Below are positions 27,201 to 39,319 of a stretch of 64,000 nucleotides of DNA, one piece after another. The DNA comes from Lama guanicoe (Eukaryota), in assembly GCA_013239625.1 (NCBI GenBank), contig MU056050.1, positions 6,959,838 through 7,023,837 on the forward strand. Direction: 5' to 3'. The stretch's first letter is position 1. Every line of letters starts with the position of its first letter. The notes beneath the pieces are model-generated. The model made no database searches. It was not told the DNA's origin and saw only the letters and a list, made by a program, of their open reading frames with translations. The position numbers and the translations under genes are program-made.

Positions 27201-30200
27201 GGAAATGTCTATTTAGATTTGCCCATTTTTAAATTGGGTTGTTTGTCTTTTTATTCTTGTGTTGTAAGGTTCTTTATGTATTTTGGATACTAGTCCATAT
27301 GTGATATATGATATATACTAGTCCAGACATGATTTTGCAAATACTTTCTCTCATTGTGTGGGCTGTCTTTTTACTTTCTTGATGGTACCCTTTGAATCAC
27401 AAAAATGTTTAATTGTGATGAAGTCCCTTTATCTATTTTTTCTTTTGTTGCTTGTACTTTGGGTGTCATATCAATGATTTTATTTTTAGTGTAGTAAGTG
27501 AATTGGGAATTTATAAGTGTTCCAGCATTAGCCATTGATTTGAAGGAGTGACCTCTGTACTTTAAACTTGGATTTTTCTGTGATTTTTAAAACTCTCAAC
27601 CTATTTTGTTCACTTTTAGACTTATGTCACTACCAGTGTATTTCCTTGGTGTCTAATGTCGCTTATGTTTTACAGGGTGTTGTCCCAACTGCTCAGCGGG
27701 CTGCCATTGTTGTGGGTGTAGAGCTACCAGTCTATGATATTACGAAGAAGCACTTAATATTGTCAGGCGTGATGGGAGACACAATCTTGACTCACTTTGT
27801 GTAAGTATGATAGGTTGTATTCATTCCATAGTTTTAATACTTAAAGCACAGAAAGCATCTTTCACTGCAGTCCTCATGCAGAATTGATAACAGGTACATA
27901 TGGCCTAAATACCTTTTTCTCTCTCATCACCAGAACTTCAAGACTTCTGACAGATGTATAGAGATTCCAGATACTATGGGCACTTTGGTACTTGGGGGCA
28001 GTGTCTAATACAGTAACCTATCAGATGTCTGTAGGATTTGCATTTGTTCATACACAGCCTCTGTATCTGATAAGCTTGTGTTATTTGCTTTGGTCAATTT
28101 TGGATCAGAAAGCAGATTTTCTCAAGGAAAAATAGAAAAAAAAAGTGTGAAATTTTAGGGCCTATGAAATGAAACCACAGTTTGGGGCTAAAGACTGTTG
28201 CTAATCTCATTCTGCATTTTCTTCATCTTGCACCTTTTATGATACTTTACTGCTCAAATACATTTGACATATGATGCTGTGGTTTGAAAAATTTACATAA
28301 CCAATATATAATGTGTAGTACTTCCTGCTTAGGGAACTTACTAGACTTTTAAACTATTTCCTTTAAAAAAAAAGACTGAATTTTAGATTGAAAAGTAAAG
28401 CGGACAGCTTTTGAATTATGTCTTTTAAGATTTCCTTTCTCTTTAGATTGTAATGAAAGGCCAGGTTTTATCTGATGAGTCTGACTCATTGTACATTTAT
28501 GTTTAGCCTAATTTCTGTTTAAGTGGGCAGAGGTGGAAGTGGGGCAGACTATATTCTTAAAGTTTTCACCTGTAGTTCTAGCTTTACCTGTGGCTTGGCT
28601 GGGGCTCTGGCTTCCAATCCAGTTGATGTGGTTCGAACTCGCATGATGAACCAAAGGGCAATTGTGGGACATGTGGACCTCTACAAGGGCACTTTGGATG
28701 GCATTTTAAAGGTATGCACACTATGAGCTTGGATTGTATTTTTAATTTTCTTTGATGTCTTAAACCTTCCTGCAGGGCTTATTCTTAGTTGGTACATTTC
28801 ATTCTGAAGGTGGAAGAGTCATTATGTCTATTTTTAGTAATCTCTCAGAGTAATTCCCAGATAGGGGTGCTGTCTCCTTGGCAATCTGCTGGTGCACCAT
28901 GGTCCTTAAGATTATTATTCCAATTTGAATGCTTAAGACTGCAGGATACTTTTATCAATAGCACCATGTAGAATTACTGATAGAAAGGACTTAGCATATC
29001 CCACACTTGCTCATTTCAGACAAGGCAGAGATGTTGTAATAGAAAATCTGGTACTCAATTTCAGTTCAGCATTGTGCTATTGTTCACACTTTGAAAGTTT
29101 CTGCTATGTTATGTTTGTAGAAAGCTGAATATCATACATGTATTATTTATTATATAATCACTGGTGATAATACGTCTACAAAAAACAAATTTGAGGCTAA
29201 AATATGATAATACCATATGGTTTCTCTGCTGTTATCAGTTTAGTTAACTTATCTATCAGGAACCATTTTAGTAGGTACAGAGAAATTACAGCATACTGCA
29301 GATATATAAACAGATAATCAACACATCTTGGTAAGTGATAAACTCAGGGATCTATGGGAGGAAATTTTAGTCCAATTTGGAAATTTGGGGTAGATTTCCT
29401 GGAGATGGAGGCATCTTGAATAATAATAACTCAAATCAGTTGAGTGCTTTATTGTGTGTCAGGAACTGTCATAATGAGACATATGTATTCATTCATTTAA
29501 TCTTCACTATTAAAACATACTGGAACACTGAGAGATTAACCTTTCCAAGGTTTCACAGCTAGTAAGTGGGAGAGCTGGGATTTCAACTCAGACCATTGGC
29601 TTCAAACCAACATTCTTAACTCTACACTATGGTGCCTTCCTCATGTTGGTGGAGGGTTAGTTAGGTTATAAAGGATATTGAATGTTATGCTGAGATGTTT
29701 GGACTCATTTTTTTTACTTGATGAGGAGCTATTGAAAGATTTTAATCAGGTCAGATTTGCATTTTAAATAGGTCACTATGGCTTTGTGGAGAATGGATCT
29801 AAGACAGTGGTTCTCAATCTTAGGTGCACATTGTAATCACCTGGGGAACTTTCACAGCTTCTGCATCCTCCTTAGACAAATGATCTCAGAACGTCTGAGG
29901 TAGGGGCCAGGTTGTCAGTATTTTTAAAACTCCTCAGGTGATTGCAATGTTCACATAAGATTGAAAACCATTAATATAAGGGGAAGAGCCTGGAACAATG
30001 GTTCTTAAAACTTTAACATGCACCTGAATCACCTGGAGCACTTGTTAAAATCCAGATGGCTAGGCCCATCACCAGATTCTGATTCAATAAGTTTGGAGTA
30101 GGACCTGAGAATCTGCATTTCTAATCAGTTCCCAGGTTAGTTTTAGACCACACTTTGAGAACCACTGATCTAAAGATAGGGAAACTGATTAGAAGGCTCT

Positions 30201-33200
30201 TTTTTTTTAATTGAAATATAGTCAGTTTACAATGTTGTGTCAATTTCTGGTGTACAGCATAGTGATTCAGTTATACATATATATATATTCCTTTTCATAC
30301 TCTTTGTTATTATAGGCTATTACAAGGTATTGAATATAGTTTCTTGTACTATATAGTATCACCTTGCTGTTTATTTTATATATAGTAGTTAGTAGTTAGA
30401 AGGCTCTTACAGTAATCTGAGCAAGAGGTGATAAGAGCCTGAACCTGAGCATGGATAGTGGGGATAGAGTTGAGAGTAATTTCGTTGATAAAGTCAACAG
30501 GATTCAGTTGACTGGGTGTGGAGAGGTGTGAGAGAAAGGAGGTATCAAAGATAACTTACCGGTTTTTGGTCTTGGTGATTATGTGGTGACATTCATTGAT
30601 GGAGGCATTACAGGAAGAAGAACAGGCTTTATGGGAGACATCACAGTTTGGGATACTTAGTTTGAGGTGCATGAAGAACACCCAGTGAATATATTTGGAT
30701 ATCTTAGTCTTAACTCAGGGATGAGTTCGGGGGTGTAGATAAGAACCTGGGGAAGCAGTAGAGTACAGGTGTTACGTAACTGTGGAGCAGGGGACCAGGG
30801 AGAGCAGGTAGAGGTGTTCACAACTTTTTTGCTTTCCTAGCACACTGGAGGATTATAAAGCTCTTTCCATTAATGGTGATTCACAGAAGTGGTGATTCTC
30901 ATCCTCTGGGGAGAGGAGATGGCAAAAGCACCCCTCTTGCTATTTCTGACATGCTAACCCTTCCACTTGACTGGTGTAGAGAGAAGAGTAGACCCAAGGA
31001 AAGAACTCTGGGGAAATACCAGTTTTTAAGGACTTGGCAGATAAGGAACCCATGAAAGACACTAAAAGATAACAGTTCAAAAGATGGGGAAACTTAGATG
31101 AGAGAACTTAGGTTCAGAGTAGCTACATACTTACCCAAGTGTATAGTGGGAGATCTGGGATTTAAACCAGGGTCTGTCTGATTGCAGTTTATACTCATAG
31201 CCACTGTGTTGTGTGATATTGTCAGAAATGTATTTTCATGTTGGCAGTAACCTCTTAGTACTTACATTTACTCACTCATTCACTTACTTGCTGTTAAAAT
31301 TCTTTAGAACAACTTTGTTCTATATTGTCATTATACTTTATTATTTCATTTTAAGAGTGCCAAAACACTTTGGTGAATGGAATTGTGCATTCATCTCTGA
31401 CATAGAAATGAAAAGGTGCAAACCCGTCCTTTTACCTCCATTTAAAACCCTTGAGTGGCTTCTCATTGACTCAAGGCTCCATATTTGACCCCTTTTTAAT
31501 TCTACAGCCTTATCTCTGCTACCTTTATTCTACATTCCAAATATACTGAACAAGTTCTAGTACTAGATTGTCTTTCATTCCCAAGTTTTCACCTGTGCCA
31601 TGTACTTTGTTAGACACCCCACCCCCAATATCCTTTTCTCTTGGTTCCTACCCATTCTTCAGATCATGTTATTTTTTTCATAAAGGACTTCTTGACTGTT
31701 AAACTATGTTATGTATGCATGATTTCATGTACTTACTCTGTCATAGCATTTATTATACTTTTAAAAACATCTTTTTTATGACTAATTCATGTATCATGAA
31801 ATTCACTTAGTCAAAGTGGTTTTTGGTATATTAACAGATATGTGCAACCATTATCACTGCAGTCAATTTTAGAACATTTTCATGACCTCAGAAAGAAATC
31901 CTATGCTCTTTAAGCTATAACTTCCTTAGCCCCCCAGCCCTAAGAAACCACAAATTTGCTTTTTATCTGTATAGATTTGCCTATTCTGGACATCTCATAT
32001 AAATGGAATTATACAATATGTGACCTTTTTGACTAGCTCCTTTCACTTACCATAATGTTTCAAGGTTCCTCCATGCTGTGGTGTATATCAGTACAGGCAT
32101 ACCTCAGAGATATTGCAGGTTTGGTTCCAGACCACCACAATAATGCAAATATCACAATAAAGTGAGCCACATGAATTTTTAATTTTCTAGTGCAAATAAA
32201 AGTTATGTTTGCTCTATACTGTAGTCTATGAAATGTATAATAGTATTCTCTAAAAAAGCAACGTACAGACCTTGATTAAAAAAAATCAAGGTATGATTGC
32301 TAAAAATGCTAACCATCATCTGAGCCTTGAGTGAGTCCTAATCTCTTTGCAATAGTAACATCATAGATCACTGATCACAGATCACCATAACGAATATAAT
32401 GGTAATGAAGAAGTTTTAAATATAGTGAGAATTACCAAAAGTGACAGACACAAATGAGCAAATGCTGTTGGGAAAATGGTGCTGATAGACTTGCTCAATG
32501 CAGGGTTGCCACAAATCTTCAATTTGTGAAAAACACAGTACCTGCAAAGTGTAATAAGGTGAAGTGCAGTTAAACGAGGTATGCCTGTACTTCACTCCTT
32601 TTTATGGCTGGATAACATTCTGTTGTATGGCTGTATCAAATTTATTCACATTTGTTACATTTTATTGTACAGTTGACCCTTGAACAATGCAAGTTTGAAC
32701 GGGTCCACTTATATGCAGATTTTTTTAGTGGTTAATAGTATGGTACTACACAACCTGCAGTTGGTTGAATCTGAGGATGTGGAGGGCCAACATAAGTTAT
32801 ACATAGATTTTGATTTGACTGCATGGAGGGTCAGTGTCCCTAACACTCATGTCATTCAAGAGTCAACTGTAATTGCTTTTAATACCTGTATGTCCCAGTA
32901 GACTATGAGTTCCATGAAGGCAGAGTCATGATGTGCACCTTGCTTATCACTTTATCCACAGCAAATTATTTATTGAATGAATGTATAACTTCATGAAGTA
33001 GCCTGTTGTCTCTGTTTATCTATAGAAGTTCCTGTTTGTTTTCACTCAACTGCCTCCAGCCAAAAAGTGTACCTCCCACTTCTAATGTTCTGAAGAAGTT
33101 GGTCCCTGTTTTGGAGCTTTATAAGGATTCAGATGGCTCATGAGAGTGTCAGAGACCCTGTGTGTGTGTGTGTGTGTGTTAAAGTTTGTGTTCATTTACT

Positions 33201-35267
33201 CAATAAATATTTATATAGATACTAGTAGAAACTTTACTCTGCTAGACAGTGTTAGATAGTGGGATATAATGGTGAAGAAGACTAATGTGGTCCCTGCTCT
33301 CCTGGAGATTACATTCTAGTTGAGAGAGACAGGCAAACACAGAGATAATAAATAGTGTAATTTCAGATGGAAGTAAATGCTACATAACACAGCATAATGA
33401 GACAGTGGCTTGGTGATGGTGGTGGGGAACTACTTCAGCTAGGATGGCCAGGAAAAGGCTGTGAGGAGGTGACATTTGAGAAGAGGTCTGGATGATGAGA
33501 AGGTAGCAACATGAAGATGTAAGAGAAAAACATTTCAGAAAGAGGGAACAGATATAAAGGCCCTGAATTGGGAATGAGCTACACATGTTCAGGGGTTAAA
33601 AACAAAGCTGGTATGGCTGAGTGTGGTGAAAAAGTAGAAGGAAAAAGTAGTAGGAAATGGAACTGGAGAGGGAGGCAGGGACTAAATCATGTAGGATCCT
33701 GTAGATCATGGAGGAAAATTTGCAATTAAAAGGAAATTCACTGGGACCCCATTGGAGAGCTTTAAACAGGAAAGTGACACTATCCAATTTATAATTTTAA
33801 AAGATTGCTTTGGCTTCCAGGTGGAGATTGTCTAATTCCTAACCTCATGGGGTAGTAGTCCAGATGTCAGCTAGGGCTGTAATCATCTGAAGACTTGACT
33901 GGGGCTGGGGCATCTACTTCAAAGATCACTCGTGTGGTTGTTAGCAGGAAGCCTCTGTTCCTCTCTGGCTGTTGGCTGGAGGGCTTAGTTTCTCAACACA
34001 TGGGCCTCTCTTCATGACATGGAAGCTGGCTTCCTCCAGAGCGAAAGATCCAAGAGAGAATAAGTCAAAGCCTTATTATATACAAAATGTCCTTTATAGC
34101 ACAGCACTGGAGGTGACATACGTTCACTACTGCCGTACTCTATTGGTGACACAGACTGATCCTGATATGTGTTGGGAGGGGCTACACAAGGGTGTGAGTA
34201 GTGGGAGGTGGCTTTCATAGGGGGCCATCTTGGAGGCTGGCTACCGTAGACACTTTGTCTCTCTTGTTTATTATTATTACTATTATCCCAACATTGAGAA
34301 GAGTACCTTACATATTGTAGGTGCATAGTAAATATTTTGAGTTGAATGAGTGGGGTAATGGATTTAGAATACATATGAATTCAAAATGTATGTCTTTAGA
34401 AAAAAAGGACCATTCATGGAGCCTAAGTTGTTGGGGAGGGGCATGGAAGATGAGTACTAAGATAAAAGTAATTGTCAGCTGTAAAGTGTAAAAGGAATTC
34501 ACTCTGTTTTTCATTTTATCTTTCCCTTAGATGTGGAAACATGAGGGCTTTTTTGCACTCTATAAAGGATTTTGGCCCAACTGGCTTCGACTTGGACCCT
34601 GGAACATTATTGTATCCTTTTAGAACATGAGAATGAGAGCAAACCTCCCAGGTAACTGTAGGCTGTGGGAAGGAAATTTTGATTATTAAAGCCTTTAGGC
34701 AGGTAAGAATCTACTCAGGTGTTCTCATGGTGACCATAAGAACTAAGTACAGAAATGGCTTTCAGTTGGAGTCTAATACAAACTAAAGAGAGTAGAAAAG
34801 ATATGCCAACATTTCTTCTTCAAAACAAAACAGCAACAAACACAGCCTAATCTGGAAGGGGCTAGGAAGTTTTTGGAAACCCTGCTGGGAGATGCCCACA
34901 GGAAGGTCCATGGTGAGGTGGTCCGTATTTCCCACTCCTGACTATAGGACCAAAATAACTTGGGAAATAATAAGACAGAAAACACTCTTAGGGTAACGGA
35001 ATCCAGAGCCAAGTAGGGCCCTTTCCTCATAGGTGAATCTCTTTCCTTTAGCTGTGTTTGAGAGCCTCCTCTATGGAGAACCATGAGTTGGGTAGCGTGT
35101 GGTGGCATCTGTAATCCTGAGTACTGCAGGGTTGAGTAATTCTCTGCCCTTCTGGAGTCTTAAAGTTGAGGGAGATAATATCTCTCTCCCTCTTTGGGAT
35201 TGCTCTGATCACCTAATGTCTGTAACAGTTACTCTAGCATTGAATTATATGTTGCTGATGTTCATGG

Positions 35268-35304
<37 letters not shown>

Positions 35305-35603
35305 TGCTCTTTGCCCCTGAAGACTATAAGTATGTTAGAGTTCTAATCTGTTTATATTGCTAAATGCCAATGATCAAAATGGGCACATTGTGGGTACTCA
35401 GTGTGTGATCTGCCAGATATATTTTTAAAAAGATTTTAAGCAAGTGCAACTTAGAATAGCACAGACTAAGTACCTCAGTTTAAGAGAATGCAATGTACAA
35501 TTTTAGAACTGAATGTGGCTTTCAGTATCAACCCAGTGATCTTCCATGACTTACACCTCAGTTTTTCATTACATACGAGCAGCTCAAGAGGCTTCAAATC
35601 TAA
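9139..35603 (+). CDS. SLC25A14: Brain mitochondrial carrier protein 1 / UCP5, spliced CDS 325 aa: join(9139-9213,14872-14965,16235-16382,18605-18699,20093-20178,22955-23050,27676-27800,28576-28711,34531-34611,35562-35603)
   Basis: Exon lengths 75+94+148+95+86+96+125+136+81+42=978 nt, in frame with GT-AG junctions. Translation [16 protein letters not shown]...YEQLKRLQI has three mitochondrial carrier signatures ([24 protein letters not shown]). Confidence 0.98.
12134..12911 (-). mobile_element. 5'-truncated artiodactyl L1 (~780 bp) with TSD, intronic
   Basis: ORF track 12349-12648 gives the L1 ORF2 C-terminus (YYSAIK...[18 protein letters not shown]). TSD atggagagggc at 12123-12133 and 12912-12922. 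Confidence 0.9.
13470..13700 (-). mobile_element. MIR SINE
   Basis: cccattttacag...taacttgcccaag...ggatttaaacctaggc. Confidence 0.75.
14872..14965 (+). CDS. SLC25A14: SLC25A14 coding exon 2 ([31 protein letters not shown])
   Basis: tttttag| ... G|gtaag. Confidence 0.97.
16235..16382 (+). CDS. SLC25A14: SLC25A14 coding exon 3 ([16 protein letters not shown]...LALYS)
   Basis: cacag| ... GG|gtaag. Confidence 0.97.
17330..18500 (-). mobile_element. Old L1M ORF2 fragment
   Basis: Antisense L1 ORF2 phrases (ttttctggaagagattg, gtgctataaatttccctct, ggtcagagaa); boundaries approximate. Confidence 0.75.
18605..18699 (+). CDS. SLC25A14: SLC25A14 coding exon 4 ([31 protein letters not shown])
   Basis: Long polypyrimidine tract + cag| ... 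G|gtcagt. Confidence 0.97.
19847..19958 (-). mobile_element. Short young L1 3' end with 12-bp TSD
   Basis: TSD tgtagttcattt at 19835-19846 and 19959-19970; same subfamily as the element at 49812. Confidence 0.85.
20093..20178 (+). CDS. SLC25A14: SLC25A14 coding exon 5 ([28 protein letters not shown])
   Basis: ttttacag| ... AAG|gtaag. Confidence 0.97.
21795..22175. mobile_element. MER96B-like hAT-Tip100 element
   Basis: Ends resemble caggactagg...ctgggtgcaaaat and tttgtgcctgagg...cttgcctcac. Confidence 0.6.
22955..23050 (+). CDS. SLC25A14: SLC25A14 coding exon 6 ([32 protein letters not shown])
   Basis: ttttag| ... AGG|gtgag. Confidence 0.97.
24366..24466 (-). mobile_element. Short L1 3' end with 10-bp TSD nested in an older L1
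   Basis: TSD tagcaagtaa at 24356-24365 and 24467-24476; T-rich tail. Confidence 0.7.
24740..25335 (-). mobile_element. L1MA/MB 3' fragment
   Basis: ORF track 25173-25430 ([19 protein letters not shown]) is L1 ORF2-like; typical 3'UTR text. Confidence 0.85.
25575..25910. mobile_element. MER102-like hAT-Charlie element
   Basis: ccagtgtggcca...aagagaagctggaaatc...aaacactgtgtaggcc...aaaacatgtct. Confidence 0.65.
26535..27475 (-). mobile_element. L1MB 3' fragment
   Basis: Typical antisense L1 3'UTR/ORF2 end. Confidence 0.8.
27676..27800 (+). CDS. SLC25A14: SLC25A14 coding exon 7 ([41 protein letters not shown])
   Basis: tttacag| ... GT|gtaag; visible in ORF 27568-27804. Confidence 0.97.
28576..28711 (+). 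CDS. SLC25A14: SLC25A14 coding exon 8 ([26 protein letters not shown]...GILK)
   Basis: ctgtag| ... AAG|gtatg; visible in ORF 28523-28726. Confidence 0.97.
29805..30170. mobile_element. Two adjacent MER5-like hAT-Charlie elements
   Basis: cagtggttctca...gaaaacca and caatggttctt...tttgagaaccactg termini, with aatcacctgg cores. Confidence 0.7.
30202..30395 (-). mobile_element. Young L1 3' end with 13-bp TSD
   Basis: TSD ttagaaggctctt at 30189-30201 and 30396-30408. Confidence 0.85.
32094..32587 (-). mobile_element. Internally deleted Tigger1 (TcMar) element nested in an L1M fragment (~31760-32660)
   Basis: Perfect 12-bp TIRs caggcatacctc / gaggtatgcctg with TA on both sides; L1 text atcagta|cttcactcc resumes across the insertion. 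Confidence 0.9.
32670..32869. mobile_element. MER8/Tigger2-family MITE
   Basis: TIRs cagttgacccttgaa / ttcaagagtcaactg flanked by TA. Confidence 0.85.
33190..34350 (-). mobile_element. L2 fragments with an MLT1 LTR (~33835-34245)
   Basis: L2 antisense (cattta ctcaataaatattta...gaggtgacatttgag) and MLT antisense (gaagacttgactggggctgg...ggccatcttggaggctggctacc). Confidence 0.65.
34531..34611 (+). CDS. SLC25A14: SLC25A14 coding exon 9 ([27 protein letters not shown])
   Basis: cccttag| ... ATT|gtatccttt. Confidence 0.97.
34612..35561 (+). other. SLC25A14: U12-type (minor spliceosome) GT-AG intron, 950 nt
   Basis: 5' site GTATCCTTT is the exact U12 consensus. Branch-like TTCCATGAC at 35542-35550, about 12 nt before the AG, with no long pyrimidine tract. 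Confidence 0.9.
35268..35300. repeat. (TG)n microsatellite inside the U12 intron
   Basis: Direct reading. Confidence 0.9.
35562..35603 (+). CDS. SLC25A14: SLC25A14 final coding exon ([13 protein letters not shown])
   Basis: ctcag|TTT TTC ... ATC TAA. Confidence 0.97.
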   Translation, partial: FFITYEQLKRLQI

Positions 35604-35993
35604 GGACTGAATTATATGTGAGCCAAGTTCTTCCAACCTTTCTACTTGTTTCTTTTCCCTTTTTCTGTGTTCTAATGTATTTTGACAAAGTTGTAAGTGT
35701 TTACTGAACCACTGGTCTCCCAAGGCCGTCCTGATGAAAGAATGATAGGATGGGTCAAAATTGCTCATGTGTTTGTGTTGCCATAGGAACTTTTCCCTGA
35801 GAGGAGGTATTAACATTGAGACTCTGGCCCCAGATTGGTATCTTCTGTGAAGATGGATACTGATGGATGACACTCAAAATGGCCTTCTCTTCAAATGTGG
35901 GTTAAATGTAGTTTGTTAGCCCCAGACTTGGGCTACAGCAGAAGGCATAGGCCAGAGCAGTTTCTGATATGTATGTTACAGACATCGGTTCTC

Positions 35994-36096
35994 ATTAAAG
36001 TATTTATTGCCAAAATCACTTTGGCTTTGTCTTCATTTACTATTTTCTCATTTTCCAACTCTTTAATTTACGTTGTGTTCTCTGGAAAGCAATAAA
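35994..36096 (+). terminator. SLC25A14: SLC25A14 polyadenylation signals (ATTAAA 35994-35999; AATAAA 36091-36096)
   Basis: Hexamers ~390 and ~490 nt after the stop; the first is followed by U/GU-rich sequence. Confidence 0.65.
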
Positions 36097-37824
36097 GAGA
36101 AGGTGACTATGATTTTAGGAGCTTACTGAAGTATTCAATAAGTTTAGCCTGGTAAATGTTTATAAATATATACTTTTCTTGCAAAGTAAAATATTTAATT
36201 TGTATCAATTTATTATATTAATTTATTCATTATACAGTATTCTTACAAACTTCATTCAAAAGAGCACGTGAAGATGCCATGGTTGTGGTTGTTTTGGGTA
36301 AATACGTTAAAAGGGGGGGGGAATGAAAGAATTAAAGGTATTTGCAAAGGAATATTATCATTTATAATAATTATATTATTTTAAACTTCCATCAGTGTAT
36401 CTCTTTTGCCTTATTGGTCTGCCTACACTTTGAATGATATTTTGAACAACTACCGTCACTATTTCTTCAATTTTTATCAAATTTATAATAAGTTTTTGCT
36501 TTAGATTGAGTTGTTCATTCATTCAACATATATTTACTGGGAAAAAAGAAGGTGACTATGAAATTGAGTTTGGACTCTTAAAGCACATTTATGGGAAAGA
36601 CTAAGTACATTGTGCTTTCCCACTGCCATTCGTTGTCACAGTGCCACTCGCTCGTAAACATCAGACAAGTGGTTCTTTCCTAAAGAATGAATAAACAAAC
36701 GAGGCACATTTGGAAGTTTCCACAGATGAAATGCTGAAAGAGGCTTAAAATCGAATCCTGTGTCCAGGGTTCTAATTGTCTTACAGGCAAAAAGTTCTGG
36801 CTACTTTCTTGTACTAGAACAGTGACTACCATATTGTAGGCAAATATTTGTGAAATGAATAGTTTAGTTCTTCATCTTTATCCATTCATTGATTTGTTTG
36901 ACAAACATTCATTGTGTGTCTATTATAGATGCTGGGGATGTAAAAAGACATAGTCTCTGTTTTTAAGGTCACATTATAGTAGGAGAAACAGACATGTAAG
37001 TAGGTAATTACAGTAGGTACTAAGTACTATCTGAGAGATGAACTAACTGCTATAGAAACACAGAGGAGGGAACAGCCAGTTACCTAGGGGATTGTCCAAA
37101 GGCTTCATAGTGGAGGTGACATTTGTGCTAAAAAGCTAAAAAGCAGATGTTACCATGTAGATAAGGCAGGGAAGGACATTCTAGGCAGGGGGATGGGGGA
37201 AAGTTCAGCATGGCTGAAATCTAGGATTTTAGTTTTCAAATACCACGTGAGACAGAATTGCCTGGAGATCTTGTGAAAATGTAGATTCTTGCATCCTGTC
37301 ACCTGAGATCCTAACATTATTTGGGGCAAAGGCATTTGCTTTTGTCACAGGCACTCGATGCAGGGTGGTCCTTAGATTACACTTTGAGAAGCACTTGTAA
37401 AGAAATATGGGCTAGGATGAAGGGAAATTAGAATAGTGTGGCCAAAAGGGTCAAATTGTGAAGCTTCTCTATATACGCTAAGAAAGAATATGGCTTTTAT
37501 TCTGGAAAGGGGGGGGCAGGCAAAGGCAGTTTAATATAGGGAATAATACAACCAGCTTTTATTTTTTAAGAAGATAATCCTTGTGTGGAGGATAGCCTGG
37601 AAGGGAGCAACCCCAAAAAAGGTTAAGACCCACTGAAATCTACTCCGTTTAAGTACAGGTAGACAAAAAGAGTCCAGAAAAGCTAATAAAATCTAAGTCA
37701 TATCGCCTGATTGTGGCAGATTTGAGACTAGCTCATCATTATCAGATTCCTTCTCTGTCCCTTCTGCCACCCCACAGTGCATTCTTAATTGTCAGTTTAA
37801 AGTACTGCCTTTTCAAAATAAATT

Positions 37825-38710
37825 TTAATAGTCTATTTTTAAGAGGAGTTTTAGGTTCCCAGCAAAATTGTGTAGAAGGCATAAAGATTTCCCATATACC
37901 TCCTACCCCCACAACCGTGCAGCTTCCCCCTCATCAAAATTCCTCACCAGGGTGATTCATTTGTTACACTCAGTGAATCTACATTCGCACATCATTATCA
38001 CCTCCCATCCATCATTTATATTAGGGTTCATTCTTGGTGTTACACTTCCTGTGGGTTTTGACAAATGTATAATGACATGCATCCCCCGTTACATATTGTA
38101 CAGAATAGTTTCACTGTCCTAAAAATGCTCTGTGCTCTGCCTATTCATTCTTCCCTCTCCCTCAAGCCCTTGGAATCCACTGATCCTTTTACTGTCTTTA
38201 TGGTTTTGCTTTTTCCAGAGTGTCATATAGTTGGAGTCATACCATATGTAGCCTTCTTAGATTGGCTTCTTTCACTTAGTAATATACACTTAAATTTCCT
38301 CCATGTCTTTTCATGCCTTTATAGCTCATGTTCTTTTTTTCCCTTCTGTGTGTACCACAGTATGTTTATCCATTCATCTACAGAAGGACGTCTTGGTTGC
38401 TTCCAAGTTTTTGTAATTATGAATAAAGCTGCTATAAATATTCACGTGTAAGCTTTTGTGTGGACACAAGTTTTCAGCTCATTTGGGTAAATACCAAAGA
38501 GTGCAACTGCTGGAAGGTATAGTAAGAGTATGTTTAGTTTTATAAGAAACTGCCAAACTCTCTTCCAAAGTGGCCATATCACTTTGCATTCTCACCAGCA
38601 ATGAATGAGAGTTCCTGTGGCTCCACATCCCTGCCAGCTTTTGGTGGTGTCAGTGTTTTGGATTTTAGCCATTCTTATAGGTGTGTAGTGATATTTCATT
38701 GTTTATTTTT
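37825..38710 (-). mobile_element. L1MA 3' fragment
   Basis: Typical antisense L1 3'UTR/ORF2 end (ccagcaatgaatgagagttcctg); ORFs 37868 and 38065 are spurious frames within it. Confidence 0.85.
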
Positions 38711-39319
38711 AAGACTACTACGCTAGTCAGATACCCTACTCATTTCCAAATTGATGAGCAAAAACGAAGCCATTTTTTCACAGTAGTATAGGTTGAAAGA
38801 TAGTTTCTTGAAGGGTTTATATATATTGGAGTTTCTTGAAGCGTTTATATATATATTGGAAATTGGCTTTCATTCACCTCAGTCTAAATGTTATTCCTTC
38901 AGAGAAACTGGCCATTGATTTCCTTTTCTACCAATTTAAATAACTTTCCTCATTATAATTTCTTGTACCATGTATTTCTAACTACATATTATATTTATGT
39001 GATTACTTGCTTAATAATATCTGTATCTCCCATCAGCCTGTGAATTCCATAAAAATAGAGATTCTGTTAATTTTGCTTACTGCTATGTTTTTAGTGCCTA
39101 GCAGTTATTTATACTCAGTAAATATTTGTTAAATGAATTGATCTGTATCCAAAGACCTGATGAAATGTCTAAAACATAACAAAGGTTCAGCAAATACTGT
39201 GAGCTTTAAATGGGATGAAACTAAATTTTGAATTGCTAGAAAATGGTGTGATGGTAGGTTATTGAGGGAAAAATAGAGGTGGTTGGGGAGATGCATGTAT
39301 TCCTTTTAATGGATTATCC

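Noticed and set aside
23051..27675. Cassette exon corresponding to the human UCP5 insertion isoform
   Set aside because: No supportable exon found in this intron; by recall the human insert is largely Alu-derived, and no Alu is present here.
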